From positions 1,530,001-1,562,000 of the forward strand of contig NC_000962.3 in assembly GCF_000195955.2 (NCBI RefSeq): 32,000 nucleotides of DNA, read 5' to 3'. How positions within the stretch are numbered: the first letter of the stretch is position 1; every line of letters starts with the position of its first letter. Both the position numbers and the translations under genes were made by a program. The notes beneath the pieces were generated by a model. It made no database searches. It was not told the DNA's origin and saw only the letters and a list, made by a program, of their open reading frames with translations. Of the stretch, positions 11,020 through 17,835 are shown one piece after another. Source of the DNA: Mycobacterium tuberculosis H37Rv. GTDB taxonomy: Bacteria; Actinomycetota; Actinomycetes; Mycobacteriales; Mycobacteriaceae.

Positions 11020-11805
11020 ATGAATGGCTTGATCTCACAAGCGTGCGGCTCCCACCGACCCCGGCGCCCCTCGAGCCTGGGGGCTGTCGCGATCCTGATC
11101 GCGGCGACACTTTTCGCGACTGTCGTTGCGGGGTGCGGGAAAAAACCGACCACGGCGAGCTCCCCGAGTCCCGGGTCGCCGTCGCCGGAAGCCCAGCAGA
11201 TCCTGCAAGACAGTTCCAAGGCGACGAAGGGCCTGCATTCCGTCCACGTGGTGGTGACGGTAAACAATCTCTCGACCCTCCCGTTTGAGAGCGTCGATGC
11301 CGACGTGACCAACCAACCGCAGGGCAATGGCCAGGCGGTGGGCAACGCCAAGGTCAGAATGAAGCCCAACACCCCGGTGGTGGCCACCGAGTTCCTGGTC
11401 ACGAACAAGACCATGTACACGAAGCGGGGCGGCGACTATGTCTCGGTGGGTCCGGCGGAGAAGATCTATGACCCGGGCATCATCCTGGACAAGGACCGGG
11501 GGCTGGGCGCGGTCGTCGGGCAAGTGCAAAACCCGACAATCCAGGGACGTGACGCCATCGACGGCCTGGCCACCGTCAAGGTGTCCGGGACCATCGACGC
11601 CGCGGTGATCGATCCGATCGTGCCTCAGCTAGGTAAGGGTGGGGGCAGGCTCCCGATAACCTTGTGGATCGTCGACACCAACGCCTCAACGCCGGCACCC
11701 GCCGCGAACCTGGTGCGGATGGTCATTGACAAGGACCAAGGCAACGTCGACATCACGCTGTCCAATTGGGGTGCGCCGGTCACCATCCCGAACCCGGCGG
11801 GATAA
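11020..11805 (+). CDS. lprF: Lipoprotein of the LppX/LprAFG family
   Basis: 261 aa. Signal peptide with lipobox (LFATVVAG-C-GKK), followed by a Ser/Pro-rich linker. Confidence 0.85.
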   Translation: MNGLISQACGSHRPRRPSSLGAVAILIAATLFATVVAGCGKKPTTASSPSPGSPSPEAQQILQDSSKATKGLHSVHVVVTVNNLSTLPFESVDADVTNQPQGNGQAVGNAKVRMKPNTPVVATEFLVTNKTMYTKRGGDYVSVGPAEKIYDPGIILDKDRGLGAVVGQVQNPTIQGRDAIDGLATVKVSGTIDAAVIDPIVPQLGKGGGRLPITLWIVDTNASTPAPAANLVRMVIDKDQGNVDITLSNWGAPVTIPNPAG

Positions 11806-11951
11806 CAGGCGCGAACCGGCCCGGTCCAGCCCCATCGCTGGTCGATGGCCTGGCCGGTCCGGTACTCGTCCGCGGGCGGAGGCCGCCTTCGAAGAAATCC
11901 TTTGAGAATTCGCCAAGGCCGTCGACCCAGCATGGGGTCAGCTCGCCAGCC

Positions 11952-11979
11952 TGAACCGCCCCGGTGAGTCCGGAGACTC
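11952..11979. repeat. IS6110 terminal inverted repeat (end next to the transposase 3' end)
   Basis: The 28-bp sequence matches the other terminus in inverted orientation, with 3 mismatches. Confidence 0.95.
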
Positions 11980-11993
11980 TCTGATCTGAGACC

Positions 11994-12980
11994 TCAGCCG
12001 GCGGCTGGTCTCTGGCGTTGAGCGTAGTAGGCAGCCTCGAGTTCGACCGGCGGGACGTCGCCGCAGTACTGGTAGAGGCGGCGATGGTTGAACCAGTCGA
12101 CCCAGCGCGCGGTGGCCAACTCGACATCCTCGATGGACCGCCAGGGCTTGCCGGGTTTGATCAGCTCGGTCTTGTATAGGCCGTTGATCGTCTCGGCTAG
12201 TGCATTGTCATAGGAGCTTCCGACCGCTCCGACCGACGGTTGGATGCCTGCCTCGGCGAGCCGCTCGCTGAACCGGATCGATGTGTACTGAGATCCCCTA
12301 TCCGTATGGTGGATAACGTCTTTCAGGTCGAGTACGCCTTCTTGTTGGCGGGTCCAGATGGCTTGCTCGATCGCGTCGAGGACCATGGAGGTGGCCATCG
12401 TGGAAGCGACCCGCCAGCCCAGGATCCTGCGAGCGTAGGCGTCGGTGACAAAGGCCACGTAGGCGAACCCTGCCCAGGTCGACACATAGGTGAGGTCTGC
12501 TACCCACAGCCGGTTAGGTGCTGGTGGTCCGAAGCGGCGCTGGACGAGATCGGCGGGACGGGCTGTGGCCGGATCAGCGATCGTGGTCCTGCGGGCTTTG
12601 CCGCGGGTGGTCCCGGACAGGCCGAGTTTGGTCATCAGCCGTTCGACGGTGCATCTGGCCACCTCGATGCCCTCACGGTTCAGGGTTAGCCACACTTTGC
12701 GGGCACCGTAAACACCGTAGTTGGCGGCGTGGACGCGGCTGATGTGCTCCTTGAGTTCGCCATCGCGCAGCTCGCGGCGGCTGGGCTCCCGGTTGATGTG
12801 GTCGTAGTAGGTCGATGGGGCGATCGGCACACCCAGCTCGGTCAGCTGTGTGCAGATCGACTCGACACCCCACCGCAAACCATCGGGGCCCTCGCGGTGG
12901 CCCTGATGATCGGCGATGAACCGGGTAATTAGCGTGCTGGCCGGTCGAGCTCGGCCGCGAAGAAAGCCGACGCGGTCTTT
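11994..12980 (-). CDS. IS6110 OrfB frame (DDE integrase/transposase catalytic part), expressed as an OrfAB fusion by -1 frameshifting
   Basis: The -1 frame is open from 13034 to the stop at 11994. From the slippery site it reads KDRVGFLRGRARPASTLITRFIADHQGHREGPDGLRWGVES... and then rve-type integrase sequence (HHTDRGSQYTS). I assert no independent start codon; the upper coordinate is placed at the slippery site. Confidence 0.85.
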   Translation of the reverse strand, partial: KDRVGFLRGRARPASTLITRFIADHQGHREGPDGLRWGVESICTQLTELGVPIAPSTYYDHINREPSRRELRDGELKEHISRVHAANYGVYGARKVWLTLNREGIEVARCTVERLMTKLGLSGTTRGKARRTTIADPATARPADLVQRRFGPPAPNRLWVADLTYVSTWAGFAYVAFVTDAYARRILGWRVASTMATSMVLDAIEQAIWTRQQEGVLDLKDVIHHTDRGSQYTSIRFSERLAEAGIQPSVGAVGSSYDNALAETINGLYKTELIKPGKPWRSIEDVELATARWVDWFNHRRLYQYCGDVPPVELEAAYYAQRQRPAAG

Positions 12981-13255
12981 AAAATCGCGTTCGCCCTTCG
13001 CAATTCGGCGTTGTCCCGCCGCAAGCGCTTCAGCTCAGCGGATTCTTCGGTCGTGGTCCCGGGCCGTGCGCCGGCATCGACCTGCGCCTGGCGCACCCAC
13101 TTACGCACCGTCTCCGCGCAGCCAACACCAAGTAGACGGGCGACCTCACTGATCGCTGCCCACTCCGAATCGTGCTGACCGCGGATCTCTGCGACCATCC
13201 GCACCGCCCGCTCACGCAGCTCCGGCGGGTACCTCCTCGATGAACCACCTGACAT
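12929..13255 (-). CDS. IS6110 OrfA (HTH DNA-binding part of the transposase)
   Basis: 108-aa ORF inside the IS: MSGGSSRRYPPELRERAVRMV...AILKTASAFFAAELDRPAR. Confidence 0.9.
   Translation of the reverse strand: MSGGSSRRYPPELRERAVRMVAEIRGQHDSEWAAISEVARLLGVGCAETVRKWVRQAQVDAGARPGTTTEESAELKRLRRDNAELRRANAILKTASAFFAAELDRPAR
12977..12984 (-). other. Programmed -1 ribosomal frameshift site TTTTAAAG of IS6110
   Basis: The minus strand reads GCG ATT TTA AAG in the orfA frame. Shifting -1 here joins directly to the open orfB frame. Confidence 0.75.
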
Positions 13256-13278
13256 GACCCCATCCTTTCCAAGAACTG

Positions 13279-13306
13279 GAGTCTCCGGACATGCCGGGGC
13301 GGTTCA
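13279..13306. repeat. IS6110 terminal inverted repeat (end next to orfA)
   Basis: The reverse complement reads TGAACCGCCCCGGCATGTCCGGAGACTC. Confidence 0.95.
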
Positions 13307-13358
13307 GCCGCGCCGGCTGGCAACCGTTCCCGCTCGAGAAAGACCTGGAGGAATACCA

Positions 13359-14828
13359 GTGACAAACGACCTCCCAGACGTCCGAGAGCGTGACGGCGGT
13401 CCACGTCCCGCTCCTCCTGCTGGCGGGCCACGCTTGTCAGACGTGTGGGTTTACAACGGGCGGGCGTACGACCTGAGTGAGTGGATTTCCAAGCATCCCG
13501 GCGGCGCCTTCTTCATTGGGCGGACCAAGAACCGCGACATCACCGCAATCGTCAAGTCCTACCATCGTGATCCGGCGATTGTCGAGCGAATCCTGCAGCG
13601 GAGGTACGCGTTGGGCCGCGACGCAACCCCTAGGGACATCCACCCCAAGCACAATGCACCGGCATTTCTGTTCAAAGACGACTTCAACAGCTGGCGGGAC
13701 ACCCCGAAGTATCGATTCGACGACCCCAACGATCTGCTGCACCGGGTCAAAGCGCGGCTAGCCGAGCCAGCGCTGGCCGCCCGGATCAAGCGCATGGACA
13801 CACTCTTCAACGCCATCGTTGCAGTACTGGCCGTGGGTTATTTCGCGGTTCAGGGTGTGCGGTTGGTGGAACCGAGCTGGATGCCGCTGTGGGCCTTCGT
13901 GATTGCGATGGTTCTGCTGCGCAGTTCGTTGGCCGGGTTCGGTCATTACGCACTGCACCGCGCGCAACGAGGCCTCAACCGGGTTTTCAACAATGCCTTC
14001 GATCTCAACTATGTGGCCTTGTCCTTAGTCACCGCCGACGGACACACCCTGCTGCACCACCCGTATACCCAGAGCGAGGTGGACATCAAGAAGAACGTGT
14101 TCACGATGATGATGCGGCTACCGTGGTTGTATCGCGTTCCCGTACATACGATTCACAAATTTGGCCACATGCTCAGCGGCATGGCGATCCGGATCGTCGA
14201 CGTCTTCAGGATCACGCGCAAGGTAGGTGTCGAGGAATCCTACGGAAGCTGGCGCGCCGCGCTTCCACACTTCCTTGGATCGGCCGGGGTGCGCTTGCTT
14301 CTGGTGAGTGAATTGGTGGTCTTCGCGATCGCCGGCGACTTCTGGCCCTGGGCACTGCAATTCGTAGCGACGCTGTGGGTTAGTACCTTCTTGGTGGTGG
14401 CGAGCCATGAGTTCGAGGACGACACCCAGGGCGGTGCCGTCAACGGCGAGGACTGGGGCATAGATCAACTCGAGCACGCTAATGACCTAACGGTGATCGG
14501 GAACCGCTACGTCGACTGCTTCCTGTCAGCCGGCCTGAGCTCCCACCGAGTCCATCACGTGCTGCCGTTTCAGCGCAGCGGCTTCGCGAACATCGTCACC
14601 GAGGACGTTTTGCGTGAGGAAGCAGCGAAGTTCGGTGTCGAGTGGCTTCCCGCAAAGGGTTTCATCACCGATCGGCTGCCGAGGCTGTGTCGGAAGTATC
14701 TGTTGACGCCGTCGCGCCAAGCCAAGGAGCGTCATTGGGGTTTCGTCCGCGAGCACTGCTCGCCGGCGGCATTGAAAGCCAGTGCCAGCTACGTGGTTGC
14801 GGGTTTCGTCGGAATCGGGTCGGTATGA
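13359..14828 (+). CDS. Cytochrome b5-like heme domain fused to a membrane fatty-acid desaturase (probably Rv1371)
   Basis: N-terminal b5 motif (WISKHPGG). Three His boxes: HYALH, HTLLHH, HRVHH. TM segments are present. Started at GTG 13359, which has GGAGGA 7 nt upstream. The longer ORF from 13254 begins inside IS6110 and is rejected. Confidence 0.85.
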   Translation: MTNDLPDVRERDGGPRPAPPAGGPRLSDVWVYNGRAYDLSEWISKHPGGAFFIGRTKNRDITAIVKSYHRDPAIVERILQRRYALGRDATPRDIHPKHNAPAFLFKDDFNSWRDTPKYRFDDPNDLLHRVKARLAEPALAARIKRMDTLFNAIVAVLAVGYFAVQGVRLVEPSWMPLWAFVIAMVLLRSSLAGFGHYALHRAQRGLNRVFNNAFDLNYVALSLVTADGHTLLHHPYTQSEVDIKKNVFTMMMRLPWLYRVPVHTIHKFGHMLSGMAIRIVDVFRITRKVGVEESYGSWRAALPHFLGSAGVRLLLVSELVVFAIAGDFWPWALQFVATLWVSTFLVVASHEFEDDTQGGAVNGEDWGIDQLEHANDLTVIGNRYVDCFLSAGLSSHRVHHVLPFQRSGFANIVTEDVLREEAAKFGVEWLPAKGFITDRLPRLCRKYLLTPSRQAKERHWGFVREHCSPAALKASASYVVAGFVGIGSV

Positions 14829-16006
14829 ACGTCTCAGCTGAGAGCGGTGCGCCGCGCCGGGCCGGCCAGAGGCATGAGGTTGGCCTTGCCCAGTTGCCGC
14901 CGGCTCCGCCCACCACGGTGGCGGTGATTGAAGGGCTTGCGACGGGCACGCCGCGTCGGGTAGTCAACCAGTCCGACGCCGCCGATCGGGTCGCCGAGCT
15001 TTTCCTCGATCCCGGTCAGCGGGAACGGATTCCGCGGGTGTATCAAAAATCGCGGATCACCACGCGCCGGATGGCGGTCGACCCGCTCGACGCCAAATTT
15101 GATGTCTTCAGGCGGGAACCTGCGACGATCCGTGATCGGATGCATCTGTTCTACGAACACGCGGTTCCGCTGGCGGTGGACGTGAGCAAGCGTGCCCTGG
15201 CCGGCCTGCCATACCGTGCCGCCGAGATCGGGCTGCTGGTGTTGGCCACCAGCACCGGATTCATCGCGCCGGGCGTGGACGTTGCGATCGTCAAAGAGCT
15301 CGGGCTCTCCCCGTCGATATCACGTGTCGTGGTCAATTTCATGGGATGTGCCGCCGCGATGAATGCCCTGGGCACCGCCACCAACTATGTTCGTGCCCAC
15401 CCGGCCATGAAGGCGCTGGTGGTGTGTATCGAATTGTGCTCGGTGAACGCTGTTTTTGCCGACGACATCAACGACGTCGTCATTCACAGCTTGTTTGGCG
15501 ACGGGTGCGCGGCGTTGGTGATCGGCGCCAGCCAGGTTCAGGAGAAGCTCGAGCCAGGCAAGGTGGTAGTCCGCAGTAGTTTCAGTCAGCTGCTCGACAA
15601 CACCGAAGACGGTATCGTGCTTGGCGTCAATCACAACGGCATCACCTGCGAGCTGTCGGAGAATCTCCCCGGCTACATCTTCAGCGGGGTCGCACCGGTG
15701 GTGACAGAGATGTTATGGGACAATGGATTACAGATATCCGATATCGATCTCTGGGCGATCCATCCGGGTGGCCCCAAGATCATCGAGCAGTCGGTGCGCT
15801 CGCTGGGGATCTCCGCGGAGCTGGCGGCGCAGAGCTGGGACGTGCTCGCCCGCTTCGGCAACATGCTCAGCGTATCGCTTATCTTTGTGCTAGAGACGAT
15901 GGTGCAGCAGGCGGAGTCGGCCAAAGCCATCTCGACGGGGGTGGCGTTCGCGTTCGGGCCGGGCGTCACTGTCGAAGGCATGCTGTTCGACATCATCCGA
16001 CGGTGA
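14825..16006 (+). CDS. pks18: Type III polyketide synthase (chalcone-synthase-like)
   Basis: 393 aa. Active-site Cys context [12 protein letters not shown] and C-terminal GFGPG-type loop ([12 protein letters not shown]). ATG 14825 overlaps the upstream stop (ATGA). Confidence 0.9.
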   Translation: MNVSAESGAPRRAGQRHEVGLAQLPPAPPTTVAVIEGLATGTPRRVVNQSDAADRVAELFLDPGQRERIPRVYQKSRITTRRMAVDPLDAKFDVFRREPATIRDRMHLFYEHAVPLAVDVSKRALAGLPYRAAEIGLLVLATSTGFIAPGVDVAIVKELGLSPSISRVVVNFMGCAAAMNALGTATNYVRAHPAMKALVVCIELCSVNAVFADDINDVVIHSLFGDGCAALVIGASQVQEKLEPGKVVVRSSFSQLLDNTEDGIVLGVNHNGITCELSENLPGYIFSGVAPVVTEMLWDNGLQISDIDLWAIHPGGPKIIEQSVRSLGISAELAAQSWDVLARFGNMLSVSLIFVLETMVQQAESAKAISTGVAFAFGPGVTVEGMLFDIIRR

Positions 16007-16011
16007 CCGCC

Positions 16012-16992
16012 ATGAATTCAGAACACCCGATGACCGACCGGGTTGTGTATCGATCGTTGATGGCCGACAACCTGCGATGGGATGCCCTGCAATTGCGCGA
16101 CGGCGACATCATTATCTCGGCGCCGTCCAAGAGCGGCCTGACCTGGACACAGCGCCTGGTGTCCCTGCTGGTGTTCGACGGGCCCGACTTGCCCGGACCC
16201 TTGTCGACGGTGTCCCCGTGGCTCGACCAGACCATTCGGCCCATCGAGGAAGTGGTCGCTACTCTCGATGCCCAGCAGCACCGCCGGTTCATCAAGACCC
16301 ACACGCCGTTGGACGGCCTGGTGCTCGACGACCGCGTCAGCTACATCTGCGTAGGACGCGACCCGCGCGATGCCGCGGTGTCAATGCTGTACCAATCGGC
16401 CAACATGAACGAAGACCGGATGCGGATTCTGCACGAGGCCGTAGTGCCGTTTCACGAGCGAATCGCCCCCCCGTTTGCGGAACTCGGTCATGCGCGCAGC
16501 CCGACCGAGGAGTTCCGGGATTGGATGGAGGGGCCGAATCAGCCTCCCCCTGGCATAGGTTTCACACATCTGAAGGGGATCGGCACTCTGGCCAACATCC
16601 TGCACCAGCTAGGCACGGTATGGGTCCGCCGTCACCTACCCAACGTGGCCTTGTTTCATTACGCCGATTACCAGGCGGACTTGGCGGGCGAGCTGCTCCG
16701 GCCGGCAAGGGTCCTCGGTATCGCCGCGACCCGCGATCGAGCCCGGGACCTGGCGCAGTACGCCACGCTGGATGCGATGCGCTCCCGCGCGTCAGAAATC
16801 GCTCCTAACACCACCGACGGCATCTGGCACAGTGACGAGCGTTTCTTCCGCCGGGGCGGGAGTGGCGACTGGCAGCAGTTCTTCACCGAAGCCGAGCACC
16901 TGCGCTACTACCACCGCATCAACCAGCTGGCGCCACCTGATCTGCTGGCCTGGGCACACGAGGGCCGCCGGGGATACGACCCGGCCAACTGA
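16012..16992 (+). CDS. PAPS-dependent sulfotransferase (probably Rv1373)
   Basis: 326 aa. 5'-PSB-like motif [11 protein letters not shown] and 3'-PB-like motif [11 protein letters not shown]. The ATG lies 5 nt after the pks18 stop. Confidence 0.85.
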   Translation: MNSEHPMTDRVVYRSLMADNLRWDALQLRDGDIIISAPSKSGLTWTQRLVSLLVFDGPDLPGPLSTVSPWLDQTIRPIEEVVATLDAQQHRRFIKTHTPLDGLVLDDRVSYICVGRDPRDAAVSMLYQSANMNEDRMRILHEAVVPFHERIAPPFAELGHARSPTEEFRDWMEGPNQPPPGIGFTHLKGIGTLANILHQLGTVWVRRHLPNVALFHYADYQADLAGELLRPARVLGIAATRDRARDLAQYATLDAMRSRASEIAPNTTDGIWHSDERFFRRGGSGDWQQFFTEAEHLRYYHRINQLAPPDLLAWAHEGRRGYDPAN

Positions 16993-17093
16993 GGTTCAGT
17001 GCCGCATTCTCTCCTGTCAGTTGCTGCACTTTAGACGCTCAATGCGCTGCGACAACATTAAATGTCAGCAGTCACACCCAGTGTGGGGGAAAT

Positions 17094-17123
17094 TTGCATA
17101 TGCGATTTAGTTGTGTGTAGCTT
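17094..17123 (+). promoter_or_regulatory. Candidate sigma-A-type promoter of peptide cassette 1
   Basis: TTGCAT (17094-17099), 18-nt spacer, TAGCTT (17118-17123, fits TANNNT). The same two hexamers recur upstream of cassette 2. Confidence 0.35.
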
Positions 17124-17161
17124 GTTTTGCTGTCTGTACGACTGCACCGAGGGGTGAGCGC

Positions 17162-17248
17162 GTGTCGCACGAAAGTCTGTTCGAAGAAAGCGAAGCGCCC
17201 TACGCGGCGCTGTGCGTAGTTGCCAACTTCACGACAGACGGCGAGTGA
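17162..17248 (+). CDS. Short peptide P1 (28 aa), candidate RiPP precursor, class A
   Basis: GTG start with GAGGGG about 8 nt upstream. Translation: MSHESLFEESEAPYAALCVVANFTTDGE. Homologous to P3 at the protein level, with synonymous differences between them. Confidence 0.55.
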   Translation: MSHESLFEESEAPYAALCVVANFTTDGE

Positions 17249-17302
17249 GCAGGCGCTCATCACCAGGGCTACGAGCCCAGCACAGGGGACGCGGTGAAGC
17301 GC

Positions 17303-17374
17303 ATGTCCCACGAATCCGTGTTCCAACAGAGTGAAGCGCTCTACACGGCATATTTTTCGCCCAACGGCGAATGA
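17303..17374 (+). CDS. Short peptide P2 (23 aa), candidate RiPP precursor, class B
   Basis: Starts at ATG 17303; an in-frame GTG lies at 17294. AGGGGA lies upstream. Translation: MSHESVFQQSEALYTAYFSPNGE. Homologous to P4. Confidence 0.55.
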   Translation: MSHESVFQQSEALYTAYFSPNGE

Positions 17375-17562
17375 GCGAGCGCCGATCGGTGCGTTAGGCC
17401 GGGCGGGCGACCGCCCCCGTCGCCCCTTTAAGTGCGCATGTGCGTAGTCCAGTCGAGGGTCGGGAGCTGGCCCAGTGCCCCAAGATGCGATGCGGCTGGC
17501 CACATTCTCATCCGCAACGCTAGTTACCACAAGTCACACCATACCCATTTTGGCAGAAACTA

Positions 17563-17591
17563 TTGCACATACAGATAATTGTCGGTAGCTT
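17563..17591 (+). promoter_or_regulatory. Candidate sigma-A-type promoter of peptide cassette 2
   Basis: TTGCAC (17563-17568), 17-nt spacer, TAGCTT (17586-17591). It sits at the same position as the cassette 1 element. Confidence 0.35.
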
Positions 17592-17625
17592 GTCTTGCGG
17601 TGCAGAGAACGGAGGAGGGAATCGC

Positions 17626-17709
17626 GTGCCCCACGAAATCTTGTTTGACGCGGACGAAAAGGCATTCTCGGCGTTTTGCATTATCTCGTTTACGACCGAC
17701 AGCGAGTGA
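17626..17709 (+). CDS. Short peptide P3 (27 aa), candidate RiPP precursor, class A
   Basis: GTG start with GGAGGAGGG 6 nt upstream. Translation: MPHEILFDADEKAFSAFCIISFTTDSE. Confidence 0.6.
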   Translation: MPHEILFDADEKAFSAFCIISFTTDSE

Positions 17710-17760
17710 AGCTGCGGTCATCGGGGGCGCCACTCCCAGAGAGGAGAGGAGGTGAATCGC

Positions 17761-17835
17761 ATGTCACAGGAAACCTTGTTCCAAGAAAGCCAAGCGCTCT
17801 ACGCCGCGTATTTCTTTGCGGCCGACGGTGAATGA
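17761..17835 (+). CDS. Short peptide P4 (24 aa), candidate RiPP precursor, class B
   Basis: ATG start with GAGAGGAGAGGAGG upstream. Translation: MSQETLFQESQALYAAYFFAADGE. Its TGA (17833-17835) overlaps the YcaO ATG (17832-17834). Confidence 0.6.
   Translation: MSQETLFQESQALYAAYFFAADGE

Larger units (their letters stand above)
11952..13306 (-). mobile_element. IS6110 (IS3 family), complete 1355-bp copy
   Basis: Terminal 28-bp inverted repeats TGAACCGCCCCGGTGAGTCCGGAGACTC (11952-11979) and the reverse complement of TGAACCGCCCCGGCATGTCCGGAGACTC (13279-13306). The orfA/orfB arrangement is present. It is flanked by GCC on both sides (11949-11951 and 13307-13309). Confidence 0.97.
17071..17397 (+). 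repeat. Peptide cassette copy 1 (promoter-like element, P1, P2, relic of the ycaO 5' end)
   Basis: Collinear with 17533-17859 at an offset of 458-464 bp. Shared blocks: GTCACACC, TTGCA[TC]AT, GTAGCTTGT[TC]TTGC, both peptide ORFs, and ATGA followed by ..CGCCGAT.GG.GCG. Confidence 0.7.

Noticed and set aside
11020-11529. 164-aa and 220-aa minus-strand ORFs (11035-11529 and 10758-11420) overlapping lprF and its upstream region
   Set aside because: They overlap a lipoprotein gene that has a clear signal peptide and lipobox. Their translations are Arg/His-rich with no motifs.
13254-13358. N-terminal extension of the desaturase ORF (524-aa version)
   Set aside because: The ATG lies inside IS6110 (the element ends at 13306), so it cannot be the ancestral start. 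GTG 13359 has a good SD.
13030-13431. 133-aa minus-strand ORF spanning the IS6110 boundary
   Set aside because: It crosses the inverted repeat into flanking DNA and overlaps orfA in another frame, so it is not a plausible gene.
14642-14824. ORF-track N-terminal extensions of pks18. The same applies to the sulfotransferase (15715-16011), pyrR (22429-22653), carA (25794-25970) and pyrF (30325-30444).
   Set aside because: Each extension overlaps the 3' end of the upstream gene in another frame and is Arg-rich. Each is replaced by a start that overlaps or abuts the upstream stop, giving the family-typical N-terminus.
17401-17416. GGGCGG-GCGA-CCGCCC hairpin after the first peptide cassette, considered as a terminator separating the two cassettes
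   Set aside because: Only a 6-bp stem with no adjacent U-tract (followed by CCGTCGCCCCTTTAAG). It cannot be told apart from chance GC-rich pairing without transcript 3'-end data.
17162-17835. Alternative reading of the four short ORFs as regulatory upstream leader peptides (attenuation) for YcaO rather than substrates
   Set aside because: Not fully excluded. I favour the substrate reading for three reasons. There are four paralogs in two conserved classes. Conservation runs along the whole peptide, including the C-terminal motifs. There are no runs of a single regulatory amino-acid codon and no terminator/antiterminator structures.
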